Assembly: GCA_023128825.1 (NCBI GenBank)
Contig: JAGMDF010000082.1
Span: 8,626-72,625, forward strand
Direction of reading: 5' to 3'
From: a candidate division WOR-3 bacterium
GTDB lineage: Bacteria > Hydrothermota > Tepidihabitantia > B3-TA06
Length of the DNA: 64,000 bases
In this document: positions 36,753 through 46,486 of the stretch, one piece after another
Layout of the letters: every line of letters starts with the position of its first letter
How positions within the stretch are numbered: position 1 is the first letter of the stretch
Position numbers and translations under genes: made by a program
The notes under the pieces: model-generated
Told to the model about the DNA's origin: nothing
Databases searched by the model: none
What the model saw: only the letters and a program-made list of their open reading frames with translations

Positions 36753-37831
36753 GCCGCATCGATCGTTTCCTCGCACGTGAGTTCATCCTTTTTGCCCTGC
36801 TGGGGCTGGTGACGGTGGTGGTTATCTATGATCTGATCAACCTTATTGAACGAATGGGCTACTTCCTGCGCTATAAGGCCGCGGCAGTGGAGATATTGCT
36901 TTACTACGTCTACGATCTTCCAGCGACGGTTGAACTGCTCCTGCCGGTGGGTTTTGCATTGGGTGTGTTCATGGTGATCGGACGTCTTATTCGGTCGAAC
37001 GAGCTTGTACCCCTTTTCGCCTCCGGGGTAAATCTTTATCGCTTGTTTGCGGTGTTCCTTGCCGTATCTCTCTTCGTAGCCGCTCTTGCGTTCCTTGGAG
37101 GCGAGTTCCTCGCTCCCCGCGTAAAGACCCGTTTTGTGGAATACAAGACTGAAGCCATAGAAAAACGCAAAACGAAACGAATGAAAACAAAGAACCGGGT
37201 TTTCTATCTTTCGGAGAGTGGACGTGTTTACTACATCCGCCAGCTTCGCATCTCAGACAGCCTTGCCTTGGACCTCGTGATATGGGAACTTGACCCTGAA
37301 AGAAAGATCCAACGCAGTATTCGCGTAAAAAGCGCAAGATACTCATCAAAGCGGGGCTGGAATGGAGAGCGGGTTGAGATTCACGATTTCAGTAAGGAGG
37401 AAACAGGGTTCAAAAGTTACCCCAGCCGTTCGCTGCCTGAGATTACGGAGACCCCTGAAGAGCTTGGGGTTCGCACCAAGGGAACCGACGAGATGGGGGT
37501 TGGTGAACTCGGAGACTACATACAACGCATGAGAGCTGCAGGGTCAAACGTGGCGGTTGAGCTCGTCGAGCAGCACTTCCGCTTCTCATCCCCTCTGGTT
37601 GTTGTAATCGTAACGGTAATCTCGCTGGCTGCAGCTACCCTGCTCAGAAAGGGCAACATAGCCCTGGGGATCGGTCTGGGGCTTTTATTGAGTTTCCTTT
37701 ACTGGGGTGCGATCCAGGCGTCGCGAGCCTTCGGGTACGCAGGCGTTTTGCCGCCATGGCTTGCCGCCTGGCTCCCGAATGTCTTGTTTTTTGGTCTTTC
37801 AGGAGTATTATTGGCAAAAGTCAAACGTTAA
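36749..37831 (+). CDS. LptF/LptG-family LPS export permease (second subunit)
   Basis: ATG 36749 overlaps the upstream stop (ATGA); 'MSRIDRFLAREFILFALLGLVTVVV' start typical of YjgP/YjgQ. Confidence 0.75.
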   Translation: MSRIDRFLAREFILFALLGLVTVVVIYDLINLIERMGYFLRYKAAAVEILLYYVYDLPATVELLLPVGFALGVFMVIGRLIRSNELVPLFASGVNLYRLFAVFLAVSLFVAALAFLGGEFLAPRVKTRFVEYKTEAIEKRKTKRMKTKNRVFYLSESGRVYYIRQLRISDSLALDLVIWELDPERKIQRSIRVKSARYSSKRGWNGERVEIHDFSKEETGFKSYPSRSLPEITETPEELGVRTKGTDEMGVGELGDYIQRMRAAGSNVAVELVEQHFRFSSPLVVVIVTVISLAAATLLRKGNIALGIGLGLLLSFLYWGAIQASRAFGYAGVLPPWLAAWLPNVLFFGLSGVLLAKVKR

Positions 37832-37844
37832 GTTGGAGGTTTGT

Positions 37845-38906
37845 ATGAAGAGGTTACTGGTTTGCCTCACATTTGTCTTGGCCATTGCAGGCTGCGGCAA
37901 GAAACCGGTGCACATAATCTATGAAGGCGACCCTATTGTCACCGATACCTTCCCAGGCCGCATATTTATAATAGCCTCTGATCCTTCAAGCACGAATCTG
38001 GCCATAGGATTCTCAGACAGCCTTGTTATGATATGGGATCCGGTTGAGCGCGAACCCATAAAGAAGATTCGCCGACACCGCCACATCATCAACGACCTCG
38101 CCTTCTCACCCGACGGCATTCTCCTCGCGGTGGCCAGCGCAGACGAGGTGTTGACAGTCAACGACTTGCGCAGGGACCAACTCGTCGACTCGATAGTGCT
38201 CTTCAACGGTGCGGTCACCAGCGTAGACTTTTCCTCCGACGGACGCTTCATGGCCGCGGGTTTCACTGGCAGCGAGGTAGAAGTCTGGGACGTGGCTAAA
38301 CGCGAACGGTTCGGCAAGTTCAGTGGACACACCGGGGTGGTCACCGATCTGAAGTTCAGACCCGGAACGTCCGAGCTTTACACCACAGGACGCGACAGCC
38401 TGTTCTATATCGCGGATGTGGAGGACACCGTATCCTTCAAATCCAAACAGAGCTACGGCTACCTGACGGTGATAGCCTTTTCACCCGACGGGGAATACTT
38501 CGCCACCGGAGGCACCGATAAACTCGTTAAGGGATGGAGATGGGTAGGGGAAGAACTCCACTCCGTAGGCTGGTACCAGAGCGATCTTGGAAACGTGCTC
38601 GACCTTGTGTTCCTGCCGGACGGCTCAAGGATGGTGGCCGTGGACCAGGAGGGACAGGTTGTCTTCTTGAAGCGTACCGAGCCGGTTGATACAACCAAGG
38701 AGAAAGGTCTTGAAAGCGGCGGGGTATTCAGGCTGGGAATCGTTGAAGTCGGACGATTCAAGGCGCATGATGGAGCCATCCGTGCCTGTGCAATCTCAGC
38801 TGACGGCACCAGGCTTTATACAGGCGGAGATGACCGCACGCTCAAGGTGTGGGATACAGAAGCCATCCTTGCCCAACTGAAAGCCAAGGCACCCGAGGAG
38901 AAGTAA
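37845..38906 (+). CDS. WD40-repeat lipoprotein
   Basis: GGAGG SD; 'MKRLLVCLTFVLAIAGC' lipoprotein signal; repeated WD-like blades ('EVEVWDVA', 'LKVWDTEA'). Confidence 0.6.
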   Translation: MKRLLVCLTFVLAIAGCGKKPVHIIYEGDPIVTDTFPGRIFIIASDPSSTNLAIGFSDSLVMIWDPVEREPIKKIRRHRHIINDLAFSPDGILLAVASADEVLTVNDLRRDQLVDSIVLFNGAVTSVDFSSDGRFMAAGFTGSEVEVWDVAKRERFGKFSGHTGVVTDLKFRPGTSELYTTGRDSLFYIADVEDTVSFKSKQSYGYLTVIAFSPDGEYFATGGTDKLVKGWRWVGEELHSVGWYQSDLGNVLDLVFLPDGSRMVAVDQEGQVVFLKRTEPVDTTKEKGLESGGVFRLGIVEVGRFKAHDGAIRACAISADGTRLYTGGDDRTLKVWDTEAILAQLKAKAPEEK

Positions 38907-39044
38907 GCTCTTAAACTCACGAACCTAAAGACTGCAGGGAGCATCACAGATGGTTAGTGGTTGGCCGCTATCCAAGCAAAGAAAGAAAATACCCTAACCA
39001 GATTGAACTCCCCTCAAAAAGGCCCTGGATACGGCTGGTTTGAT

Positions 39045-39605
39045 CTAGCCTTTCTTCCCTTCGATCCGGCGCGCCAGGGAGCCAAGCTCATCTATTGTCG
39101 GTTTAATATTCTCTATCTCTTCACGAGGGATACCCTTTACTTCAAAATCCTTCACCGCACGCTTCAGGCTCCAGAGCTTCATCAGGAAAACATTAAGCGT
39201 CCGTTTGCGTTCAGCAGCGGCCTTTTCTACCTCCTTATCCCCCTCTTCGTCGCCACTGGCCGCCTCGATCTCCTCAAGCTCGGCGGTAACCGCATCCCCT
39301 AACGCCTCTATGTGACGCAGTAAGCGCTTGGCATCCCCACGGGAAAGATCGTGCTCCAACAGCACCACAGCCCCTGTAAGGCTCATGGTGCGAACGCCGC
39401 CCTCGCGCTTTAATAGGGTATCCGGAACGGCCACAGTATCCACCACAACCACCGTGTCTACTATAGTATCTACCGCGTGCTGCGCGGTGGTATCTTTCGA
39501 GGTCTCATCCTGGATTATGACCACTATCTTTTCTTCCTTCGCTTTCCGGCAAAAAATCGCTCCCCCAAGCACACATAAAGCAAGAAGCACCAATAACTTC
39601 CTCAT
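39045..39605 (-). CDS. secreted hypothetical protein (186 aa)
   Basis: Signal peptide 'MRKLLVLLALCVLGGAIFC'; charged coiled C-terminal half. Confidence 0.45.
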   Translation of the reverse strand: MRKLLVLLALCVLGGAIFCRKAKEEKIVVIIQDETSKDTTAQHAVDTIVDTVVVVDTVAVPDTLLKREGGVRTMSLTGAVVLLEHDLSRGDAKRLLRHIEALGDAVTAELEEIEAASGDEEGDKEVEKAAAERKRTLNVFLMKLWSLKRAVKDFEVKGIPREEIENIKPTIDELGSLARRIEGKKG

Positions 39606-40927
39606 GTCTTAACCTCCTTGGGTTGAAGTAGTTCAAATACCTCTATCTCGGCATCCCCGTAATCTTCTATCTTTAGACGCCGCTGGGCAAACATCAAACG
39701 CTCGCCCACAAGCTCACGAGTACGAACGGATACAAGTATCTCGCCCTGCATAGCCGCCTCCTGCAACCGCTCGGCGAAGTTAACGCTCTCCCCTATGATT
39801 GTATACTCCATCCTACGGGAAGAGCCGATGTTGCCTGCAATGGCCGTGCCCGTATGTATCCCCATCCCCATCTGTATCTGGACCTTGCCTTCGTTCTCAC
39901 GCTGGAAATTCAATCTGGCGATCACACGCTGTATACCAAGGGCTGCCTGGCATGTCCGCAAAGCGTAGTCCTTCTGCGACAGAGGCGCATTCCAAAAAGC
40001 GAGGAAGCCGTCGCCCATGAACTTATCCAGCACCCCTTCATTCTCGATTATTACGTCAATTACGGGAGCGAAGTAGTGGTTAAGCAAGGCGATGATCTCC
40101 TCGGGTGCCATGTGCTGGGAGAACTTAGTGAAGCCCCGGATGTCTGCAAAGAGAATCGAGACCTCACGCCGATCACCCTTAAGATTAACGAATTCCTTCT
40201 CGGAGAGTATCTTCTCAGCAACCTGGCGGGTGACGTAGCGTTTGAAGATGCGCTTAACGAATTCGCCTTCTTCCAGCCCGCGCATCATCCAGTTGAACGC
40301 CTCCCCCAGAACACCCACCTCGTCTCTTGATTTAACGGTGACGCGGGCAGCCAGATTCCCTTTACCAACCTCCTGCATCGCCGAGGCAAGTGTACGCAGT
40401 GGTTTTGTGCTTCTGCGTGCGAAGAGAAGAATCAGCACTATCCCTACCACGAACGCGGCTGCACCTACAACAACAATCCGCCAGACAAAATCCCATATCC
40501 CCCGCTCAAGATTGGCCAACGAGTAGACGAGATCTATGGTATAAGCCGCCTCCTCCGCTTGTGCGTTTCGTATCTCCGCATGGTAGCGCTGTCTGCGGCC
40601 GCCTTCCGGCGTCTGGCGCTTCTCGCTTAAAACCGTATCAGCTGAAGCTATTGTAATTTCAACAAGATCAAGATCGTAGCCCGCGGCACGAAAACGACTG
40701 GAGAAGATCTCGGAAAGATATGCACCAAATTCCGCATCAGGCATCTGGTTACGGGCAATACGGAGGGTATTGATAACATCAACCACCCTGTATTTAGCGT
40801 CACGTTCCTTGGCCTTGATAAAGAAGTTAGCCGACATCACCAGAACCCCCGCTAACAGCAGACCGTAGAGCGCACTAAAGATTATAACCAGCTTACCCGC
40901 AAGCCCCATACCCTGTCTTTTCATCAT
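39602..40927 (-). CDS. membrane-anchored adenylate/guanylate cyclase (HAMP + class III cyclase domain)
   Basis: Two TM helices, HAMP 'LASAMQEVGKGNLAARV', catalytic 'ILFADIRGFTKFSQ...GDGFLAFWNAP'. Confidence 0.8.
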   Translation of the reverse strand: MMKRQGMGLAGKLVIIFSALYGLLLAGVLVMSANFFIKAKERDAKYRVVDVINTLRIARNQMPDAEFGAYLSEIFSSRFRAAGYDLDLVEITIASADTVLSEKRQTPEGGRRQRYHAEIRNAQAEEAAYTIDLVYSLANLERGIWDFVWRIVVVGAAAFVVGIVLILLFARRSTKPLRTLASAMQEVGKGNLAARVTVKSRDEVGVLGEAFNWMMRGLEEGEFVKRIFKRYVTRQVAEKILSEKEFVNLKGDRREVSILFADIRGFTKFSQHMAPEEIIALLNHYFAPVIDVIIENEGVLDKFMGDGFLAFWNAPLSQKDYALRTCQAALGIQRVIARLNFQRENEGKVQIQMGMGIHTGTAIAGNIGSSRRMEYTIIGESVNFAERLQEAAMQGEILVSVRTRELVGERLMFAQRRLKIEDYGDAEIEVFELLQPKEVKT

Positions 40928-41046
40928 GATAGCATACTCCGCATTAAGAACTTGTCAAGGGTGCGCAACGAGCTAAAACTCATAAGTAAAACAATTGACA
41001 AATCCCCAGGTTGGATTATCCTTCAGGTATAAACGACGGAGGCAAG

Positions 41047-41520
41047 ATGAAGCATGTGCTTTTAGTGGTGTTGGTGTGTTCAACTGTCTTCTCAGGAGCA
41101 GCATTAGCCGCCCATTCAGGCCACGGGAATATAGGGGTAGGCGTTGCGTTGGGGGCGCCGATAGGGCTCTCCGGCAAATTCTGGATCTTTAACAGAAGCG
41201 CTATTGATGCCGTACTTGGTTGGGATTTTCAATACCAACGGTTCGCCTTTCAAGGGGGATACCTGTATCATTTCCCCATCGAGAACGTTTCAAAAGGTTA
41301 TCTGGCGGGCTATGCAGGAGTTGGTGGATTGCTCAAGCTCAGCCCCCCTTCTGATGAACGACCCGATGCATCAATTATCTTCTCTGGTCGACTTCCCATA
41401 GGACTGGAGTATATCTACAAGCCGATAAGTTTCTTTGCCGAAATCGATCCCCTTCTGGATTTCCACCCTAACCTGTACTTTGATTTCGCAGGCGGGGTGG
41501 GCTTCAGGTTCTATTTCTAA
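41047..41520 (+). CDS. small outer-membrane beta-barrel protein
   Basis: GGAGG SD; signal peptide; Gly/Tyr-rich amphipathic strands, C-terminal 'GFRFYF'. Confidence 0.5.
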   Translation: MKHVLLVVLVCSTVFSGAALAAHSGHGNIGVGVALGAPIGLSGKFWIFNRSAIDAVLGWDFQYQRFAFQGGYLYHFPIENVSKGYLAGYAGVGGLLKLSPPSDERPDASIIFSGRLPIGLEYIYKPISFFAEIDPLLDFHPNLYFDFAGGVGFRFYF

Positions 41521-41531
41521 CTCAAAAGGTG

Positions 41532-41557
41532 AAGGAGCGGCCCTCAGGCCGCTCCTT
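41532..41557. terminator. bidirectional hairpin (AAGGAGCGGCC-CTCA-GGCCGCTCCTT) between convergent genes
   Basis: Perfect 11-bp stem; weak T-run on both sides. Confidence 0.5.
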
Positions 41558-41634
41558 ACTTGTCTTGAATTCTCTATACGGAGAGTGTGGATTCCCTTTG
41601 ACTACCAGTGAAGCTACTTTCCACTGGAAGGAAA

Positions 41635-42723
41635 CTACTCTTCGCTGACGACAAAGCGCCAGGGCTTTAAGCCCGTCGTGTCTTTAGTTGCTCCCCATAA
41701 ATCCGTGGGAACCGGGTACCAGTAGTAGGTAACACCCGCCGATACCTCTACCGAATACTCCGCGGTCTCCAAACTATCTGCCACCGGGGCTCCCAGATCC
41801 GAAACGAAGACTGTATCCTTTTCCGGATCGGGCGCGAAGTAGAGATCGTAGATAAGTGGGTCACCGTCCAAATCATTGGGGCGCCAGAGCAGCTTTACAA
41901 AACCGCTGGCTGGAGGATCTATAGGAACGAAAGTGTCAGGGGGAGTTGGCGAATAGGCTGCCGGGACCCTGTTCTCGCCTCGCTCAAAGTGAAAGACCTC
42001 GCTTTCGGACTCCTGACCGTAGGGATCCCTTGTTAGAATCATCCAATAGTAATGCGTTTCAGGACGTAGATACGGAGGATCTTTGTCCCACTGAGAGGTT
42101 CCCCACGAGCCCGTATCAGGGACGGTGCCCTTATTAGTCTCGTATACCAACTTTATGTTGCCGGGACTCCCCTCGCCGAACCAAACCTCAAAGGTCAGTT
42201 CTTGTTTCGGGTACTTGTCAGGGTCACTACCCTGCCACTTCATAATCAGGGAAGCCAGTTGAAGTGTTTTATCGTTTTCTGGAGCCATCAAATTGGCCTT
42301 GTTGGGGGGATCGTTTGGGATCCTGATGAGGTAGGAAAGGGACTCCGAGACCCCTTCGTTTACAGCCGCATCGTATGCTTTCGCGCTGATGATGTATACC
42401 ACGCTGTCTTCAAGTTCCTGGGTTTGCCACTCGTAGACGTACTCGTTTTCACTTCCACCGGTGGGTTCGGTTAAGTATGATCCCACGTATTCATCGTTTA
42501 CAAAGAACTTGACCGTATCAACACCAACGTCGTCAGTAGCTGTTGCGATTACCTTCGCCACTCCTTTGATGACATCACCGTCTATCTCCGACCTGTAGTT
42601 ATCGGTTGACTGAACGACAATGCTTATCTCAGGGGGTTCGGTGTCTTCCGGTTTGCAGCCTACGAACGCTCCCATACCCACAACCAACACCAGTACAATC
42701 ACAGCCACAGAGACTTTCTTCAT
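41635..42723 (-). CDS. lipoprotein with Ig-like/fibronectin-III-like beta-sandwich domains
   Basis: 'MKKVSVAVIVLVLVVGMGAFVGC' lipobox; repeated beta-sandwich segments. Confidence 0.45.
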   Translation of the reverse strand: MKKVSVAVIVLVLVVGMGAFVGCKPEDTEPPEISIVVQSTDNYRSEIDGDVIKGVAKVIATATDDVGVDTVKFFVNDEYVGSYLTEPTGGSENEYVYEWQTQELEDSVVYIISAKAYDAAVNEGVSESLSYLIRIPNDPPNKANLMAPENDKTLQLASLIMKWQGSDPDKYPKQELTFEVWFGEGSPGNIKLVYETNKGTVPDTGSWGTSQWDKDPPYLRPETHYYWMILTRDPYGQESESEVFHFERGENRVPAAYSPTPPDTFVPIDPPASGFVKLLWRPNDLDGDPLIYDLYFAPDPEKDTVFVSDLGAPVADSLETAEYSVEVSAGVTYYWYPVPTDLWGATKDTTGLKPWRFVVSEE

Positions 42724-42840
42724 TGTGCACCTCCTAACGTGCTTTATTTCATCCTAATACAGAAGAATACCCCTGGAGTGAAGCTTGTCAAGACCTGCTG
42801 GCTTGACTTCCAGCTTTAATCAGTTATATTTATGATCGTT

Positions 42841-42922
42841 GCCGGGGTGGTGAAATTGGCAGACACGTACGTTTGAGGGGCGTATGGGTAACTCCGTGCG
42901 GGTTCAAGTCCCGCCCCCGGCA
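42841..42922 (+). tRNA. tRNA-Leu (anticodon GAG), type II with long variable arm
   Basis: Acceptor GCCGGGG/CCCCGGC, anticodon stem TACGT/GCGTA with loop TTGAGGG, 12-nt variable arm, T-arm GCGGG-TTCAAGT-CCCGC, discriminator A. Confidence 0.85.
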
Positions 42923-42971
42923 TTAAATCCTCCTTTCGTCCTGCGGACAAAAGATCGGAAAAAGATTTATT

Positions 42972-43000
42972 GAAGAGCTGGTAACGTCAGCTCTTTCGTT
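42972..43000 (+). terminator. rho-independent terminator after tRNA-Leu (GAAGAGCTG...CAGCTCTT then TCGTTTTT)
   Basis: 9-bp stem, 7-nt loop, T-run. Confidence 0.6.
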
Positions 43001-43003
43001 TTT

Positions 43004-43037
43004 CTGCGATCTTTCCTGCGTGGCAGGAAAGGAGCAT
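43004..43037 (+). repeat. family-1 hairpin repeat, copy 2 (CTGCGATC-CTTTCCTGC-GTG-GCAGGAAAG-GAGCAT)
   Basis: Perfect 9-bp stem with invariant flanks. Confidence 0.7.
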
Positions 43038-43041
43038 AAAT

Positions 43042-43413
43042 TTAGTAACCGAGGCGGCGCAGCTCGGCATCGGACAGCCCGAAGAAGTGGCCTATCTCGT
43101 GAAGAACCACACGGCGCAGGAGCGTCTTGATCTCGGAAGGTGCACTGGCGTAGCGCTCAATCAGAGATTTGTAGATAACGATCCGATCCGGCCAAAGACC
43201 GTAACCCGTTGCCCCTCTCCGACGAAGCGGAACGCCGTGGTAGAAACCCAGAACCCGACCACCCATAAACGAGGGCGGATCCGCGGCATCAGGGTAATCC
43301 TTGACCGCGATAACGATGTTGCGCTCGTCTAAAGCCTGCTTGAATTTTGCCGGCAGTCCCTCAATCGTCTCCCTCACGATCCGCTCGAACTCCTCGCGAC
43401 CAAGCTTGCTCAT
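43042..43413 (-). CDS. zincin-like metallopeptidase family protein (DUF1025-type, HEIGH motif)
   Basis: 'PDRIVIYKSLIERYASAPSEIKTLLRRVVLHEIGHFFGLSDAELRRLGY'; ATG 43413 overlaps the Xer stop (ATGA). Confidence 0.65.
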   Translation of the reverse strand: MSKLGREEFERIVRETIEGLPAKFKQALDERNIVIAVKDYPDAADPPSFMGGRVLGFYHGVPLRRRGATGYGLWPDRIVIYKSLIERYASAPSEIKTLLRRVVLHEIGHFFGLSDAELRRLGY

Positions 43414-44378
43414 GCGCGCGGGTGGAAGGTTTTGTAGACCTCGCGCAGGTAGGAACGGTCTACGTGGGTGTATATCTCGGTTGTGGAGATGTCCGCATGC
43501 CCCAGCATCTCCTGCACCGCACGCAGGTCGGCTCCGCCTTCCAGAAGATGCGTGGCAAAGGAGTGCCGGAAGGTGTGAGGGGTAACGTGGCCCTTGATGC
43601 CGGCGGCCTGGACGTAGGAATGAATGATCCTCCATGCGCCCATGCGAGAGAGCGGCCCCCCGCGAACGTTCAGGAACAAGACGTTCTTTGCCTGACCGCT
43701 TGTCCTAAGGAGGGTGGAGCGCCCCGGGACACCATCTCGGTAACGTCTCACCGCGTTTATCGCCGGTTCTCCCAGAGGAACTATTCGCTCCTTATCCCCT
43801 TTACCGATAATTCTCAAAAATTCCTCTTCCAGATATAGATCGCCCATCTTCAAGTTGATCAATTCCGATATCCTGAGGCCAGCTCCATATAGCACTTCAA
43901 GCATAGCATGATCTCGTAGGGCTAAAGCAATAGCACGTCTTATCTCTGTATCAGAACGCGGGGATTTCACCTTATCCATAGATGAGTGGGCTGCTTCCAG
44001 AACCCTCTCGACCTCCTCCACGGAAAGCACCTCGGGCAGCTTGCGAGGCAGCTTCGGTCCGGAGATATTCTCGCCAGGATCACCGGAGAGCCTGCCTGTA
44101 TCGTTGAGATAGCGCAAAAACATACGGATGGCGGAGAGTTTTCGTGCCCCCGAGCGGGGGGCAAGGCCCGCCTCGGCAAGTCTCGCAAGATAACCACGCA
44201 GTAGTCTGGAGGTCACATCCAATATCTCTTTGCCTCTCTCGCTGAGATAGGATACGAACTGATCGAGGTCACGCCCGTAAGCCTCTACCGAGTTTGCAGA
44301 AAGCCCCCGTTCTGCAACCAGGTAGTTCAAAAACTCCTCAAGCAGAGGGTCCTTTTGCTTCTCCTCAGCGTATATCAA
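43410..44378 (-). CDS. site-specific tyrosine recombinase, XerC/XerD family
   Basis: N-terminal SAM-like 'LEEFLNYLVAERGLSANSVEAYGRDLDQF'; catalytic 'HTFRHSFATHLLEGGADLRAVQEMLGHADISTTEIYTHV'. Confidence 0.9.
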   Translation of the reverse strand: MIYAEEKQKDPLLEEFLNYLVAERGLSANSVEAYGRDLDQFVSYLSERGKEILDVTSRLLRGYLARLAEAGLAPRSGARKLSAIRMFLRYLNDTGRLSGDPGENISGPKLPRKLPEVLSVEEVERVLEAAHSSMDKVKSPRSDTEIRRAIALALRDHAMLEVLYGAGLRISELINLKMGDLYLEEEFLRIIGKGDKERIVPLGEPAINAVRRYRDGVPGRSTLLRTSGQAKNVLFLNVRGGPLSRMGAWRIIHSYVQAAGIKGHVTPHTFRHSFATHLLEGGADLRAVQEMLGHADISTTEIYTHVDRSYLREVYKTFHPRA

Positions 44379-45756
44379 AGGTTTCTCCTACCTCCGGAAT
44401 CTGGACGTTCTCATAGCCCAACTCTGAAACAGCCTCGGCAAGCGCTTTAGATTGATCCTCATCGCCGTGCACAAGGAATACCTCTCTTACCTTCTTTGGG
44501 TTATAGCCGCGGAAGAAATCCAGAAGATCGTTTTTATCCGCATGTGCGGAGTACTCGTTGAGCACCTGGACCTGACAGTTTAAAGGATACTCCTCGCCGT
44601 AAAGTCTCACAACCTTGGCTCCTTCAACTATGCGCCGACCAAGGGTTCCTTGAGCCTGAAAGCCGGTGATCAAAACCAGGTTCTTCTCGTCAGGGACGAT
44701 GTTCTTTAGATGGTGGACAACACGTCCGCCTTCGCACATTCCGGAGGCGGCGATTATCATGCACGGACCCTTGACGGCGTTAAGCGCCTTAGACTCCTCA
44801 ACGGTCTTCACGTAGCGCAGGCGGAAGAAACCGAAGGGGTCTTTATCCTGCTCGAGATACTCGCGTGTCTCGGCATCAAAGCACTCAGGATGCTTGCGGA
44901 ATACCTGGGTAGCCTCAAGGGAGAGGGGGGAGTCGATCCAGATGGGCATCTGGGGCAGACGCCCCTCGTCCATAAGCTGATGCATGACGAAGACCAGAGC
45001 TTGTGTGCGTCCTACCGAGAAGGCGGGAACCAACATCTTGGCACTCCTATCGTATGCTTCTTGCAGGATCTTCTGCAGATGCTCCTTGCCTTCCTCAAGG
45101 GGAGGATGCACCCTGCCTCCGTAGGTTGATTCCGAGATGATGACGTCAGGATCAGGAATACGCTCAGGGTCACGTACCACAGGCAGATCAGGCTGCCCCA
45201 GATCGCCGGTAAAGAGTATGCGCCTGCCATCGATCTCATGGAGCACCTGGGCCGACCCCAGGATGTGCCCTGCGTCATACAGGGTAACGCTCAGCCTCCG
45301 GGCAAGCTCCTTGCGTTCATGATAGGGCAGTTTACGGAAATGCTGGGCCGCCGCCTGGGCCTCCTCTACAGTATAGAGAGGCTCTACCGCAGGCTCTCCT
45401 CGTTTTGCGTGCTTCTTGTTGACGTACTCCACGTCGCGCTCCTGAATCTCAGCCGAGTCAAGAAGAAGTATCTTGGTAAGATCAACCGTGGCAGGGGTGG
45501 CGTATATGGGTCTTGCGTAGCCTGCGGCCACGAGCCTTGGGATGTTGCCCGAATGATCGATATGGGCGTGTGAAAAAACCATAGCGTCTGCATTAAGGGC
45601 CGCCTGAGGCACTCGACTGTTGATCTCGAAGGCCTTTTTGCGATGGCCCTGGAACATTCCGAACTCGGTAAGAACTGAAGTTTTGCGCGTGTGCAGAACG
45701 AACTTGGAGCCGGTTACCGTCCTCACCGCACCGAAAAAGGTCAATTTTAAGGACAT
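44365..45756 (-). CDS. MBL-fold metallo-hydrolase of the beta-CASP family (CPSF/RNase J-like RNA-processing nuclease)
   Basis: 'SHAHIDHSGNIP' HxHxDH motif, beta-CASP and RNA-specificity segments; 463 aa. Confidence 0.75.
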   Translation of the reverse strand: MSLKLTFFGAVRTVTGSKFVLHTRKTSVLTEFGMFQGHRKKAFEINSRVPQAALNADAMVFSHAHIDHSGNIPRLVAAGYARPIYATPATVDLTKILLLDSAEIQERDVEYVNKKHAKRGEPAVEPLYTVEEAQAAAQHFRKLPYHERKELARRLSVTLYDAGHILGSAQVLHEIDGRRILFTGDLGQPDLPVVRDPERIPDPDVIISESTYGGRVHPPLEEGKEHLQKILQEAYDRSAKMLVPAFSVGRTQALVFVMHQLMDEGRLPQMPIWIDSPLSLEATQVFRKHPECFDAETREYLEQDKDPFGFFRLRYVKTVEESKALNAVKGPCMIIAASGMCEGGRVVHHLKNIVPDEKNLVLITGFQAQGTLGRRIVEGAKVVRLYGEEYPLNCQVQVLNEYSAHADKNDLLDFFRGYNPKKVREVFLVHGDEDQSKALAEAVSELGYENVQIPEVGETFDIR

Positions 45757-45830
45757 TGGCTAGTTTACAGAAAACCAGATCGGATGCAAGGTCCCCCTCC
45801 CGATAAAGATAACTGGAGCTGGCCGGTTCC

Positions 45831-46436
45831 TTAAATTCCCCTAAGCCTTTTCCCGGTAAACCCGAAAGACACAGTAACTCTGGGGGCAACTACCACAGTC
45901 CCGTCCGAGCGTACCTCTCCCGTCAACGAACCCTCCTCAAGATATTTCTTCATAACAGCCTTAACGTCGGTCTTGGTCATCCCTTCGAAATGCACCTCGA
46001 ATTTGGTCGCATACCAGAGTCTCTGCGCCAGAAAACAGTTCTTGAATTCCTCGCCTTCCTTTGTCTTGAGGAAATTCCTGATCGCCTGACGCTTCTTGGA
46101 CAGGATATTGGGGTCGTTAAACTCCTTTACCCTAACGTCTTCAACTTCGTAAGTGACTGAGCTAGCGTGCTGCAAACCTCCTGAGATGTTCAAACCGAAG
46201 TTCTTTGCGCTCACTTTACCCTTAAGACTTAATTTACGAGTGAAGGTACCCACTACGATGCTGGCGTCGTCCGAGGAAGCTGACCACTTCGTCTTCTCCA
46301 GCAGGTCATCCAACCTGCCCTCCTCAAAGAATCCCTTTTTACGTCTGCAGAGAATAGAAGCCGGGTGCAGCCTTCTGGTCGCCACCGGCAAGGAACGTAT
46401 CCCGTTGCGCTTCAAATATTGGACGTAGGTTGCCAT
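45831..46436 (-). CDS. hypothetical protein with gasdermin-N-like motifs (candidate bacterial gasdermin homolog)
   Basis: ATG 46436 with AGGAGG SD and consensus promoter; 'SLPVATRRLHPASILCRRKKGFFEEG' resembles the gasdermin N-terminal 'HPxCLVxRKRKxxxFW' region; Gly/Ser-rich strand segment 'KGKVSAKNFGLNISGGLQHASSVTYEV'. Confidence 0.4.
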   Translation of the reverse strand: MATYVQYLKRNGIRSLPVATRRLHPASILCRRKKGFFEEGRLDDLLEKTKWSASSDDASIVVGTFTRKLSLKGKVSAKNFGLNISGGLQHASSVTYEVEDVRVKEFNDPNILSKKRQAIRNFLKTKEGEEFKNCFLAQRLWYATKFEVHFEGMTKTDVKAVMKKYLEEGSLTGEVRSDGTVVVAPRVTVSFGFTGKRLRGI

Positions 46437-46458
46437 TATCTCCTCCTTTGTGGATAAA

Positions 46459-46486
46459 ATTATAAATAAATTTGTGCTTGTGTCAA
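46459..46486 (-). promoter_or_regulatory. consensus promoter (TTGACA-16-TATAAT, minus strand) of the gasdermin-like gene
   Basis: rc -35 at 46481-46486, -10 at 46459-46464; a TGTGGATAA (DnaA-box-like) 9-mer at 46449-46457 lies between -10 and SD. Confidence 0.6.

Noticed and set aside
43410-44378. Xer-family tyrosine recombinase as the integrase of a mobile element or prophage
   Set aside because: Its neighbours are housekeeping genes (a beta-CASP nuclease and a translationally coupled peptidase). No flanking direct repeats, att-like duplications of tRNA-Leu or phage genes were found. It is most likely chromosome-dimer-resolution XerC/XerD.
46449-46457. DnaA box (TGTGGATAA) suggesting oriC near the gasdermin-like gene
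   Set aside because: It is a single perfect 9-mer, which is expected by chance about once in 64 kb on two strands. There is no cluster and no adjacent AT-rich DUE.
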